Below, piece after piece: positions 10,445 through 21,754 of a DNA stretch of 64,000 nt. The notes under the pieces were generated by a model. It was not told the DNA's origin. It was given only the letters and a program-made list of their open reading frames with translations, and did no database searches. Numbering within the stretch: the first letter of the stretch is position 1; each line of letters begins with the position of its first letter. The translations under genes and the position numbers were made by a program. Source of the stretch: an uncultured Actinomycetes bacterium (GTDB taxonomy: Bacteria; Actinomycetota; UBA4738; HRBIN12); contig CAVZKD010000007.1 in the NCBI GenBank assembly GCA_963775735.1, positions 2,177,239-2,241,238 of the forward strand, read 5' to 3'.

Positions 10445-11622
10445 GTGCAACGCATCGGGACCGACGAACGACGCGCCCGCCTCGGCGTGCGTCACCACCT
10501 CGCCCGGCCGGCCGGCTCGTCGGACGCGGCCGCCGCCGGCATGGTCGGCCTGCACTCCAGCGATCCCGTCAGCCCGTTCCTCTCCGCGCGGGCTAGGGTC
10601 GACGGGTTCGTCCACGCCGACCTCGAGGACGCCCTGTACGAACGGCGATCGCTGGTCCGCATGCTGGGGATGCGACGCACGCTGTTCGTGGTGCCGCGCG
10701 ATCTGGCCGCGGTGATGCACGAGGCGTGCACGAAGGCGTTGGTGCCTCGCGAGCGCGCCCGCCTGATCCGCATGCTCGAGGAACAGGGCATCGTGCAGGC
10801 CGGTCGGGGCACTCGGTGGGTCGATCGCCTGAGCGCGAAGACCCTGGATGCGATCGACGCCCGCGGCGAGGCCGGCGCCCGAGAGCTCACCGCCGACGTC
10901 CCCGAGCTCGCGGCGAAGCTCCGGTCGGCGAAGGCACGCGATGGGGCGGGAACGGTCGGGGTGTCGACCCGGGTGCTGTTCCTGCTCGCGACCGAAGGCC
11001 GGATCGTGCGGGCGCGGCCGCTCGGCGGATGGACCTCGAGCCAGTACCGGTGGGCGCGGACCGAGTCGTGGCTCGGAGCGCCGCTCGCGAGCCTCGACCA
11101 CACCGAGGCGTGCGCCGAGCTGCTCCGGCGATGGCTGCGGACGTTCGGACCCGGGACCCTCACGGACATCCGGTGGTGGACGGGCTGGTCGGCGAAGACA
11201 GCTAGGGCGACGCTCGAGGACCTCGGCGGCCGTCGAGGTCGAGCTGGACGAGGGCACCGGGTACGTGCTCGCCGGACGACCTCGAGGCGACGAGCACGCC
11301 AGAACCCTGGGTCGCGCTCCTGCCCGGCCTGGATCCGACGGTGATGGGCTGGAAGGAGCGGAGGTGGTACGTCGGCGACCACGAGGCCGGGCTGTTCGAC
11401 ACGGGCAACGCGGGACCGACGATCGTGGCGAACGGCCGCGTGATCGGCAGCTGGGCGCAGCGGGCGGACGGCGAGATCGCCGTCGGTTTCGTCGGCCGCG
11501 TCGACCGGAGGACGCGCGACGCGATCGAGGCCGAGCGCGAGCGGCTCAGGACGTGGGTCGGCGACGTGCGGTTCGGGGCGCGGTTCCCGACGCCGCTCGA
11601 ACGCAGGCTCGCGTCCGGCTAG
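10445..11622 (+). pseudogene. Winged-helix DNA-binding protein, YcaQ/AlkZ-like family, copy 2; two frame breaks (~11220 and ~11275).
   Basis: The GTG start gives QRIGTDERRARLGVRHHL. Later pieces are RSLVRMLGMRRTLFVV, then AVEVELDEGTGYVLAG (second frame), then DLEATSTPEPWVALLPGLDPTVMGWKERRWY...FPTPLERRL (third frame). Confidence 0.8.
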
Positions 11623-12794
11623 GCCGCGACCGGCGCCTCGTCCGTCGCTCCGCTGTCGCGTCTCGAGCGAGCAGGTGGCGCACGACGTACTTCGCGTCCC
11701 GACCCACACCGGGGAGCGCGTCGGAGCTCATCGCGTACTGGAAGGGGAGCCCGACGAAGTAGAGGCCCGGCTCCGACATCACGACACCGCGGTCATGCAT
11801 CGGCGCGCCGTCCTCGCCGAAGATCGGAAGATCGATCCACGAGAACCCGAGCCCGAACCCCGTGCACCAGATCACGTTCGTGACGTCGAGCACGCGTCCG
11901 TCCTCGAGGATCGGTTTGCCGTCGCGGACGCCGACCGTCTTGCCGACCCGCTCCACCCCGGCCGCTTCGAGCCACTTCGGCTTGACGCGGACGAGCATGT
12001 CGCCCTGCGAGGCGTACTTCGCCTTCGCCTTGCGGCCCATCGGCGTCCTGATCGTGAGCACGCGATGACCGATGAACCTGACGACGTGGAAGGCGATGTT
12101 CCGAGCGACCCATGTGTCGATGTCCACCGGGATGTGGCCCCGATATGGACCAGACAACAAGGTTGCGTGCGTCCCGACCACGTCGAGGGAGACATCGGCG
12201 CCCGAGTTGCCGGCGCCGACGACGAGCACGCCGCCCTCCCGGAGCTGCGAGGGATTCGCGTAATCGCTCACATGCAGCTGCACGATCTCCGGATCCAGCC
12301 GGGAGGACAACGCCGGAACCCGAGGGTCCCGATGCGCGCCCGTCGCCACGATCACGTCGTCCGCCTCGATCCGCCGCTCGCCCGCCGCGATGACGAATCG
12401 GTCTCCCTCCCGCGAGAGCCGGTCCACGCGGATCCCCGTCCGGACCGGCAGGTCGAACCTCGCGGCGTACGCCTCGAGGTAGTCGGCCAGCTCGTCCTTC
12501 GTCGGGATCGTCCTTGCCCGGGTAACGCCACCCCGGGAGCAGGATCGCCCAGGGCGGGGTGAAGAGGCGCAACGAGTCGTAGCGCGTCCGCCAGTTGTCG
12601 CCGATGCGCTCGTTCGCGTCCAGGATCACGAACGGGCGTCCGGCCCGCTTCAGGTGGTACCCGGCGGACAGACCCGCCTGTCCACCGCCGATCACCACGG
12701 TCTCGAACCGCTCCGTCCTCCGTCGCCGTCCATCGCCCGCCTCCTGGGTCCTCGATGCGAGGACCGTAGGCCGACGCACGCGGTGCCGGTTCAT
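11546..12794 (-). pseudogene. FAD/NAD(P)-dependent oxidoreductase (flavin-monooxygenase-like) with a frame break ~12498. The true stop may be at 11619.
   Basis: Two dinucleotide-binding motifs are present (VVIGGGQAGLSAGYHL and VLVVGAGNSGADV). TKDELADYLEAYAARFDLPV reads only after a shift. The Arg-rich 3' tail looks out of frame, and an alternative ending ...ATDEAPVAA* would stop at 11619. Confidence 0.8.
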
Positions 12795-12855
12795 CGCCGG
12801 AACCAGCCAACGTCGGCGACGGGTCGCATGGTGAGGAATCACCACACGGCGGATC

Positions 12856-14490
12856 TCAGGCGAGGCCGTGCTCGAACGCGAACGCGGTCGCGGCCGCCCG
12901 CGAGGACACGTCGAGCTTCGCGAACATGTTCTGGAGATGCCGGGCGACCGTGTGCTCGCTGATCACGAGCTCGACGGCGATGTCGCGGTTCGTTTTGCCG
13001 GTCGGCGACCAGGCGGAGCACCTCGGCTTCGCGAGCAGTGAGCCCGCGCGGCAGATCCGTCACTCCGCCAAGGAGGTCCGGCAGACATGGCGACTTCCGG
13101 CGTGGCTCCCAAGCGCTCGAACGTCGCGAGGGCCGCCCGCAGCTCGAGCTCGGCATCCTCTTCGTCGCCGGCCGCCCGAAGCGCGACCCCGAAGGCCAGA
13201 TCCGGGCGCGGGCAGTCTCGTAGGGGAGCTTGAGCTCCTGCCAGATCGCGCAGGCCCGCCGCAGGCTCTCGAGAGCCCCGGGGACGTCGCCCTCGGCGAG
13301 CGCGACCGCTCCGACCGCCGTCGGCCGCGACGCGCGAGGGCCGGCGTCGCGGAGTCGCGCGGCGATCGCTTCGAGCTCGTCCGCGGACGCCCGCGCCGTC
13401 ATCGAGGTCCTTCGACCGCGAGCGCGACGTCGACGAGCGCCGACGAGGAGGCGCACGTCGGTGCAGCGGCGCCCGACGGCTCCGCCGCGATCGCGAGGCG
13501 AGGCCGGTCGGCGGCGTCGACTTTCCCCTGTGCGAGCCGCAGGAGCGCAAGCCCGGGCTGCGGCTCGAAGCCCGAGCTCTCGCGCGTTGGCGAAGGCCGC
13601 TTCGGCTCCCGCGAGATCGCCCGTGCGCCGCCGGATCTCCCCGGCCTCGTAGAAGCGCCGCGCCGGCGGCGACCTGGTCGAGGTTCGATGCTCCTCGGCG
13701 GACCCGCCGGCTTCGGCCGCGGCCTCCGGCCACGCTCCCGCAGCCGCGCGAGCTGGGCGCGGTTGACGCGGCAAAGCCGGGGAACGGGGACTCTGGCGGG
13801 AGGGACGCGCACCAGGCCATCGCCGCCTCGCTCCACTCGCCCGCCCGCCTCAGGTCGGCGAGGTCCAGGCAGGCCTCGATGACGTTGCAGTAGATCACCC
13901 CGGTGAAGAACGCGCTGAGCTCGCCGGCGAGACCGAGGTCATCGCCTCGTCGAGCAGCGCCATCCCCTCGTCGACCCGTGCCGCTGCGACGTGGACGAGT
14001 CCCTCGCTCTGGATCGCCATCGCGATCAGGTCGGGGTCGCCGAACCGCTCACCGATCGCGGTCGCGCGCTCCGCAAACTGACCAGCGCGATCGAGCTCGC
14101 CCTCGAAGCGCGCCACGGTGGCCTCGAGCATGGCGAGGAAGCCGTGCTCGACGCACTCCGGTTGCTCGGCGGCGTGGCGCTGCGCGCGCATGAGCCAGCC
14201 CGATCCCGACCGCCGGTTCGCCCCGCTGGAAGTGCTCGATGCACGACCGCCCTGCACACCGGCGGCCCGAGTCGTCGCCGCCTGCGCGTAGCCGGCGTAG
14301 GCCCGCTGTCGCAGCCGCGATCGACTCGTCCGATCTTCGCGAGCCACCAGGCCGCGTCGGCGAACCCTTCGTGGTCCTCGGGCGTCAGCTCGGAGGGGTC
14401 GAGGCGTGCGAACTCCTCGTACGCCTCGGCCCACGACTCCCGGGCGAGGGCGTCCCTGGCTCGCTCGATGTCCGCGACCCGCTCGGCCAC
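12856..14490 (-). pseudogene. LuxR-family transcriptional regulator (N-terminal TPR-like region plus C-terminal LuxR HTH), heavily frame-broken (at least 10 shifts).
   Basis: Pieces lie in all three minus frames: MAERVADIERARDALARESWAEAYEEF.., ..QRAYAGYAQA.., ECVEHGFLAMLEATVARFEGELDRAG, VIYCNVIEACLDLADLRRAGEWSEAAMAWC, and the [64 protein letters not shown]. Confidence 0.75.
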
Positions 14491-14575
14491 GCCCTAAGGC
14501 TAGCCGTCGGGCGATCCGGCGGGAAGGGAGGCTACCCACGGGCTGCGAGCGAGGACGTACGCTCCCACCCGGACG

Positions 14576-15395
14576 ATGGGCAAGCACGGGTACGAGTCGC
14601 CCGAACAGGAGTGGCACGACTTCCTGAGCGGGACCCATCCGCACCTGAAGGACAAGAGCCCGCTCCGGTTCATCCCCTCCAGCCCGAGGTGCAAGCTGTG
14701 CAGGGCTCCCTTCGGCGCCCCGGGCCGGATGCATCCTGCAGCGCTTCGGCTACTCCCCGTGGGAGAAGAACCCGAAGCTGTGTGGCCGTTGCTTCAAGGG
14801 CCTCGCGACCGGCGCGCAGATGTGCCCCGTCAGCTCGGAGAACCCTGAGGTCGCGGGGGCCGAGGTCGAGGCCTCGATGTTGTTCGCCGACGTCCGTGGC
14901 TCGAGCAAGCTCGCGCGGCAGATGTCCTCGATGGACTTCACGCGGCTCATGAACCGGTTCTACACGGTGTCCAGGGAGGTCCTGGTCGAGTCGGACGCGA
15001 TCGTCGAGAAGTTCGTGGGGGACGAGGTCGTTGGCCTGTTCCTCCCGTTCCTCGCGGGCCAGGAGCACGCCGTGCGAGCGGTGGAGGCGGCGGAGGCGCT
15101 CCTGCGGGCGACGGGTCACGGGACGGACGAGGGCCCGTGGGTGCAGCTGGGCGCCGGGGTGCACACCGGACGTGCGTTCGTCGGCGTCGTCGGTTCGAAA
15201 GAGGCCGCGGACTTCACCGCGCTGGGCGACCCGGTGAACATCGCCGCGCATCTCGCGGCAACCGCCGCGGCCGGGGAGATCCTCATCACGGACGAGGTCG
15301 CGGCCGCGGTCCCCGGCCGGGGATCGGAACGGCGACAGGTCTCCCTGAAGGGGCATCCCCTCGAGGTCCTGGTCCTCGAGCCCCAACCCGCGTGA
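14576..15395 (+). pseudogene. Class III adenylate/guanylate cyclase with an N-terminal Cys-rich (zinc-ribbon-like) segment; one frame break ~14730.
   Basis: CKLCRAPFG...LCGRCFKGL is followed by the cyclase core MLFADVRGSS, EKFVGDEVVGLF and DFTALGDPVNIAAHL. The stop overlaps the next gene's GTG (GTGA at 15392-15395). Confidence 0.8.
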
Positions 15396-18232
15396 ACCTC
15401 CTCGCACGCGCGTTCCGGATCCAGCCGGGCGAGGGGCGGAACGCCGGCCTGCTCATCGCGACGATGGTCGTCGCCACCGCCGGCCACACGATCGGCGAGA
15501 GCGGCGTGAGCGCGTTGTTCTTCGAGCGCGTCGGCGCCGACGCGCTCCCTCGCATCTACCTGGTGCAGGGGGTCGTCGGGCTCGCGGCGATGTTCGCCCT
15601 CACCGCGCTGCTCGCGCGGATGGACCGCCGCCGGGCGTACGTCTCCCTGCTGCTGCTCACCGGTGCGGTCGTCACGGTGGAGCGCGTGATCCTGGTCGGC
15701 GAACCGTCGTGGATCTTCCCCGTCCTGTGGCTCACGGTCTCCGTCGCCATGCTCGTGCAGGCGGTCTCGCTGTGGGGCACGGCGGGTCTGGTCACCGACA
15801 CCCGGCGCGCGAAGCGGCTGTTCCCGCTGTTCGGCGCCGGGGCGATCCTCGGCGCCGTGGTCGGCGGCCTCTCGACGAGACCGCTGGCCGCGACGATCGG
15901 CGTGCAGAACCTCCTGCTCGTGTGGGCCGGGTGCCTCGGGGTCGGCGCGCTCCTGTCGGCCACGGTGCTCGGAGGCGCCGCGGCCCGGCGTCCCCGCCGG
16001 GCCCCGCGCCGGCGCGGGGCACCGATGCGGGACATGTTGCAGGGCTTCACGTTCGTCCGGCGCTCCCCGCTGCTCGCATGGATGACGGCGGCATCCGTGT
16101 GCTTCTCCATCCTGTTCTTCCTGCTGTACCTCCCGTTCGCGCAATCCGCGACGTCCCGGTTCGCCGACACGGACCAGCTCGCGGGGTTCCTCGGCGTGTT
16201 CTCGGCGATCGTGACCGCGTTCGCGTTCGTCGCCTCGTTGTTCCTGACGAACCGGCTCATCGGTTGGTTCGGCGCCACCGCGATGATCCTGGTGCTCCCG
16301 ATCCTGTACGCGGGGTCGTTCGGCGCGCTGCTCGTCAGCACCTCGTTCGCGACGATCGTGGCCGTCCGGTTCGGGGTGTCCGTCTGGCTGCAGGGCGTGT
16401 GCTCCCCCGCGTGGGAGACCCTCGTCAACGTCGTCCCGGAGTCGCGCCGCGATCAGGTGCGGGCGTTCCTGAACGGCGGTCCGACCCAGGTGGGGACCGC
16501 GATCGCCGGCATCGTCGCCCTCGTCGGCCAGGAGGTGCTCTCGGCGCGGCAGCTCTCCGCGATCGGTCTGGTGATCGCCGTCGTCACCGCAGCGATCGCA
16601 TGGCGGATCCGGCGCTCCTACACGGGGGCGTTGGTCGACGCGCTCCGAGCTGGACGACCGACCGTGTTCGAGGGGCGGCCGCTCGAGGGCGCTCCCATCG
16701 CGCCCGGCACCGACGGTCAGGCGGTCGCCCTCGCGATCGGGTCGTCGCGCGACCCCGACCCGCACGTCCGACGGCTGGCCGTCGAGCTGCTCGCGACCTC
16801 CGGCGAGGGGCGCGTCCGGGGGACGCTCGTGGAACGCTCCACGGACGAGGACGCGATCGTCCGGATGCACGCGATCCGCGGGCTCGCTCGGTCGAGCGCG
16901 ACCGACGACCCCGCCGTGTTCGAGCACGCGCTGCGCGACCCCGATCCCGGCGTCCGGCGTGCGGCGATCGAGGCGCTCCGGACGACGTCCGCGGCGCGGA
17001 CGATCGAGCCGTTCCTCGCGGACGCCGATCCGGCGGTCGCCGCGGCGGCCGGAGTCGCGCTCCTCCCGGCGCGGGAGGCGGCCGATCGCCTGCTCGAGCT
17101 CCTCTCGGATCCCGACCCCGAGGTGCGGCTCGCGACCGTTCGGGGGCTGGGCGTCGCCGAACCGCGCGACGCGCTGGCGTTCGCCACCCCGCGGCTCGAG
17201 GACCCATCGCTCCTGGTCCGCGCGGAGGCGCTGGACATCGTCGCGCGCGCCGAACCGGAGGCGGCGGTCGAGCCGGGCCTGGCCGCCCTCCTCGGCGACG
17301 ACGACGGGATGCGCCGGTCGGCCTTCGACACGCTCGCCGTGCTCGACCTCGGGGGACAGGTCGCGGCGCTCCTCGACGCGGCCCGGAGGCGTGGAGCCCT
17401 CGCGATCCACGATGGGGACCTCGCCGCGTCGATCCCGCCGGACGGCGACGCGTCCGAGCTCCTCCGAGCCGCGCTGATCGCTCGCGGACGCTCGCACGCC
17501 GTCGTGGCCCTGTCGGCCCTCGCGCTGGCGAGCGGCGACCGCGAAGCGATGCGGATCGCGATCGACAACCTGCAGGCATCCGAGTCCGCGCAGCTCGCGA
17601 ACGCGCTCGAGACGCTCGAGGCGTCCGAACATCGGGGCCTCGCCCGGCCGTTGTTCGCGCTGTGGGAGCCGGCGAACGATCGCGCGCCGAGGGAGGATTG
17701 GCTCGAGGCCGCGTCGGATGACCCGGACCCGTTGGTGCGCGCCTGCGTCGACCTGGTGCGAACGACCCGAGGACGAGGAGATGAGATGACCCGCTCCAAG
17801 GCGTCGATGTCCCCGATGGAGCGCGTGCTCGCGCTCCGCAGGATCCCGCTGTTCGCCGACCTCTCGCCCGCCGACCTCTCCACGCTCGCCGGCATCGCCG
17901 AGGAGCGCACGTACGCGGACGCCGAGGTCATCGCCGCGGAAGGCGAGATGGGCGACGAGCTGCACATCATCGTGTCCGGCTCGGTTCACGTGGTGCGCGG
18001 CGACCGCGCGGGCGAACCGATCGCTCGCCGCGGACCCGGCGACGTCGTCGGCGAGATGTCGATCATCTCCCGCGCACCCAGGGTCGCGTCGCTCGTGGCG
18101 GACGGCGACGTGCGGACGGTGGTCATCGGGCAGCGTGAGTTCGAGAGCATCATCCGGGAGCGTCCGGAGGTCTCGCTCGCGGTGATGCGGGTGCTCGCCG
18201 ACCGCCTCGGAGCGGAGACCGCGGAGCGCTAG
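15392..18232 (+). CDS. Polytopic transporter-like (MFS/TLC nucleotide-antiporter-like) membrane protein fused to HEAT repeats and a C-terminal cyclic-nucleotide-binding domain.
   Basis: This is an intact 946-aa frame. The first ~430 aa contain many TM segments. About 8 PBS-lyase-type HEAT repeats follow (DPDPHVRRLAVELL, DPDPGVRRAAIEAL, DPDPEVRLATVRGL...). The CNB cassette is RRIPLFADLSPADL...GDVVGEMSIISRAPRVASLVA. Confidence 0.85.
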   Translation: MNLLARAFRIQPGEGRNAGLLIATMVVATAGHTIGESGVSALFFERVGADALPRIYLVQGVVGLAAMFALTALLARMDRRRAYVSLLLLTGAVVTVERVILVGEPSWIFPVLWLTVSVAMLVQAVSLWGTAGLVTDTRRAKRLFPLFGAGAILGAVVGGLSTRPLAATIGVQNLLLVWAGCLGVGALLSATVLGGAAARRPRRAPRRRGAPMRDMLQGFTFVRRSPLLAWMTAASVCFSILFFLLYLPFAQSATSRFADTDQLAGFLGVFSAIVTAFAFVASLFLTNRLIGWFGATAMILVLPILYAGSFGALLVSTSFATIVAVRFGVSVWLQGVCSPAWETLVNVVPESRRDQVRAFLNGGPTQVGTAIAGIVALVGQEVLSARQLSAIGLVIAVVTAAIAWRIRRSYTGALVDALRAGRPTVFEGRPLEGAPIAPGTDGQAVALAIGSSRDPDPHVRRLAVELLATSGEGRVRGTLVERSTDEDAIVRMHAIRGLARSSATDDPAVFEHALRDPDPGVRRAAIEALRTTSAARTIEPFLADADPAVAAAAGVALLPAREAADRLLELLSDPDPEVRLATVRGLGVAEPRDALAFATPRLEDPSLLVRAEALDIVARAEPEAAVEPGLAALLGDDDGMRRSAFDTLAVLDLGGQVAALLDAARRRGALAIHDGDLAASIPPDGDASELLRAALIARGRSHAVVALSALALASGDREAMRIAIDNLQASESAQLANALETLEASEHRGLARPLFALWEPANDRAPREDWLEAASDDPDPLVRACVDLVRTTRGRGDEMTRSKASMSPMERVLALRRIPLFADLSPADLSTLAGIAEERTYADAEVIAAEGEMGDELHIIVSGSVHVVRGDRAGEPIARRGPGDVVGEMSIISRAPRVASLVADGDVRTVVIGQREFESIIRERPEVSLAVMRVLADRLGAETAER

Positions 18233-21200
18233 GGGTTCGGCCCCGGTTCGCCGAGCGCGATGACCTCGTCGCCGGCGAGGAAGCTCGCGCGGAGGTGCTG
18301 CGTCGTCGATGCCGGCCGCGATCCGGTCCACGATCGCTCGCGCGCGTCGCCGGTCATCGGCGGCATCCGATCCGTGCCCGCGCCGCTCGAGCGCCTCGGC
18401 CCGGAGCGCGAGCGCTTCCCACAGTGGAAGCGGCTCGCCGAGTCGCTCGGCGCGCTCGACCGTATCCGCAAGCGCTCGCCCGGCCTCCTCGTCCAGCCCG
18501 AGTGCGATCCGGGCCCTCGCGAGGATCAACGTCGCCTCCGCGACCAGGATCTCAGCCCGGCTGGGCGCGAGCAGTCGAAGCACGCCCTCTGCGGCCCGCC
18601 CCGCTTCCTCCGCCTCTCCGATGGCGAGCGCGACCCGCGCCCGAGCGAAGCCGGCGTAGGTGAGCAGGAGCGTGCGGTCCGGCTCGGGGAAGGGCGGATC
18701 GATCACGTGGTCGAGCGCTCGTCGCGCCCCATCGAGATCCCCGAGCGCGATCCGCGCATCGGCCTCGGCGACCGCCGCGATCGGCACGGCCGGAGGGAAG
18801 TCGTCCCGAGCGATCGCGAGCGCCTCCTCCGCGAGCCGCAGAGCTCGTTCGCCGTCCCGTAGGTACGCGAGGACACGCGCGAGGTCGGCACGCGTCGCCA
18901 CGGCGGCGTAGCCGAACCCGCCCTGTTCCCCAGCCTCCCGGCAGCGCTCGATGGAGCCCATCCCATCCCCGAGGTCGCCCTGGTCGAGCTGGACGTGATA
19001 CACGCCCATCAGCGCCAGCGATTCCCCCCACCGGTTGCCGATCGACTCGGCGATGGTGACCGCGAACCGAGCCTCCGACATCGCTCCCGCGTGGTCGCCC
19101 GCCAGCAGCCGCATGGCGCTCGACACCGCCAGGTTGTCGCCCAGCATCGGGCGGTTGTCGAGGTCCTCCCACAGCGCGCGGGCCTCGACGAGCCGGTCGG
19201 CCGCCGTCGGGAAGTCGCCGGCGGACATGTAGGCGCGCGAGAGATCGTTCAACGTGAACGCCAACTGCTCGCGCTCGCCGAGGTCCCTGGCGATCGCGAG
19301 CGAGGCCTCCCCCGCCTCGATGGCGCGCCCCGCGTCCGTCCCGCCACCGTAGATGTTCGAGACGAGGACGTTCCACAGCGCGCGGGCCTCGGCGGCCCGG
19401 TCTCCGAGCCGGCGCGCCATGACGGCGTTCCCTTCGGAGAGGCGGCGACCGCGCTCGGCGTCGAACAACGGCGACGGGGTCGCGTACAGGAGCGCGATCG
19501 CCGAGTTCGCGGCCAGCTCCATGGCCTCGTCGCTCCTCGACCTGGCCTCCGAACGCATCTCCTCGTAGTTGCCGATCGCGTCGTCGTGACGGCCGGCGAG
19601 TTCGAGCGCGGTCCCACGACGTTCGTACATCGATCGGAGCAGCGACGCCTCCGCGCCGACACGTCGCGCGACGTCGAGCCCGACCCGGTAGTGGGCCTCG
19701 GCCTCGGCGTTCGCGTACAGGCGGGTCGCCGCGTCGGCGGCCATCACCGCGAACCGCAGGGTCGCCTCGTCCTCGCCCGCCTCCGCGAAGTGGCGGACCA
19801 GCGAGGCGGCGACCTCCTCCAGCCGTTCGGCGTTCGCGGCCTCGAGCGCCTCGGCGACGCGCCGGTGCACGACCCGGCGCTGCTTCTGCAGGAGCGACCC
19901 GTAGGCGGCCTCGTGGGTCAGCGCGTGGCGGAACGTGTACGTGGGCCGGGGGACCAGCGTCGTCGAGCGGATCAGGTCGCGCACCTCGAGCTCGCGCAGA
20001 TCGGCGTCCAGGTCGCCGTTCGCCTCCGCGACCGTCCCGAGGATCTGCTCGTCGAACGACCGGCCGATGACCGCCGCGACCTGCAGCGTGCGCGAGTCCC
20101 CTCCGGCAGGCGGTCGAACCCCGCCGTGATCAGGCTCTGCACGGTGTCGGGATCGCGACGTCGGTGACGTCGCCGGCGAGCCGCCGGCCGTCGGCGGTCT
20201 GCTCGACGACGCCGCGGTCGATCAGGGCCCGCGCGACCTCCTGGACGAACAGCGGGTTCCCGTCGGTCTTCTCGCCGATCCGCCGGCGCACCGGGCCGGG
20301 CAACGCCTCGACCTGGAGGAGCTCGTCGATCAGCTCGTCGCTCTGCTCGGCCGTCAGGGGTCGAGCTCGAGGAGCGTCGACCGGTCCGCGAGCTCGGAGC
20401 GGATCCACTGCTGGAAGTGCCCACGACGCGGCATCTCGATCGGGACGGAACGTGAACAACAGGACGAACGGGTGGTCCAGCACGAGCCGGATCGGGCGCG
20501 CGCACGAGCTCGAGCGACGCGTGGTCGCACCAGTGCATGTCCTCGAAGACGATGAGCCGTTGCCCACCCTGCGCGATCGTCGATCCGACGAGCACCTCGT
20601 TCGCCTCGCGCTGGAACGCCTCGCCCTCCAATCGCGGCTCGTCCGCGAGCTCGACGCCGAGGAGCGCCCGCCAGAGACGCTCGCTCCGCTCCGCCCACCC
20701 CGGGCCGGCGTGCTGCATGTACCGAGCGATCTTCCCGCACCACGTCGGCGCGGATCGGCCTCGACGATGCCCGCGCGCTCCAGCATCTGCCGCCGGTACT
20801 GCGCGTAGGGCTGCATCGTGTCGTACGGGACGCACTGCCAGGAGTCCCAGCGCCGGTCGTCGTCCGGGTACCGCTCGGCCCACAGCGCGTTCGCCTCCTC
20901 GACGAGCCGGCTCTTCCCGAGGCCCGGCTCGCCCGAGATGAGCACGACGGACCCGCGGCCGCGCCGCACGTCGTCGATCGCGGCTCGCAGCACCGCCATC
21001 TCCGCGGCACGGCCCACGAGCGGCGCCTCGAGCGACCTGGCCCCACGGACCTTCCAGGGCGACGTCGAGGCGGCCCGCGCACCCGGTACGCGGGCACCGG
21101 CTCGCGCTTGCCCTTCAGCTCCACCGGGCCGAGGGACTCGGCGTCGAACAGGTCGGCCACGAGCCGGTACGTGTCCTCGGTGATCTGCACGGTCCCGGGC

Positions 21201-21745
21201 TCGGCCGTCTGCTCCATCCGCGCGGCGACGTTGACCGCGTCGCCCATCGCCGTGTACTCGCGTCGGAGCTCGGACCCGACCTCGCCGACCACGACCGGTC
21301 CGGTGTTGATCCCGACGCGAACGTTCAGGTCGAGCCCGTGCTCACGGGCGAGCCGCTCTCGCAGCGGCCCGACCGAGGAGACGATCTCGAGGCCGGCCAT
21401 GACGGCGCGCTGCGGGTCGTCCTCGTGCGCCCTCGGGGCGCCGAAGAAGGCGAGGATCGCGTCGCCCATGAGGCGCGCCACGGTGCCCTCGTAGCGATAG
21501 ACCGGCGCGATGAGGTGCTCGTAGGCCTCGTTCATCACGTCGGTCCACGCCTCCGCGTCGAGCTCCTCGGCCATCGCGGTCGAGCCCCGCACGTCGCAGA
21601 ACAGCATCGTGACGACGCGGTGTTCGCCGGAGCAGCTCGCGCTGCTCGACCTGCCGCGCCACACCCTCCCGAGCCGCGCGCCGCAGGAGTTGCAGAAGCG
21701 CGAACCCTCGGGGTTGTCCGCTCGACAGCTCGCGCACGCCAGCAT
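18229..21745 (-). pseudogene. Zinc-ribbon + class III cyclase + STAND/AAA_16 ATPase + TPR protein, with at least 6 frame breaks.
   Basis: Motifs in order are CASCRADNPEGSRFCNSCGARL; VVTMLFCDVRGST..GDAVNVAARMEQ; Walker A GEPGLGKSRL; IVFEDMHWCD; TDGNPLFVQEVARAL; TFRHALTHEAAYGSLL; long TPR-like repeats; and the end LRASFLAGDEVIALGEPGPNP*. The pieces are spread over three frames. Confidence 0.8.
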
Positions 21746-21754
21746 GCACGAACA

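Noticed and set aside
15116-18228. The downstream two-thirds of the 1622-aa minus-strand ORF 15116..19984.
   Set aside because: Only the part upstream of ~18300 has TPR-like sense. The remainder is Arg/Pro/Gly-rich low-complexity translation antisense to the well-supported HEAT/CNB gene, which is a typical open antisense frame in high-GC DNA.
14576-18232. Calling the cyclase/CNB pair a bona fide Pycsar anti-phage system.
   Set aside because: The cyclase has the ATP-type Lys/Asp specificity pair rather than pyrimidine-cyclase features. The receiver is a 946-aa transporter-like/HEAT protein, not a small TM or TIR effector. I keep it only as an architectural analogy.
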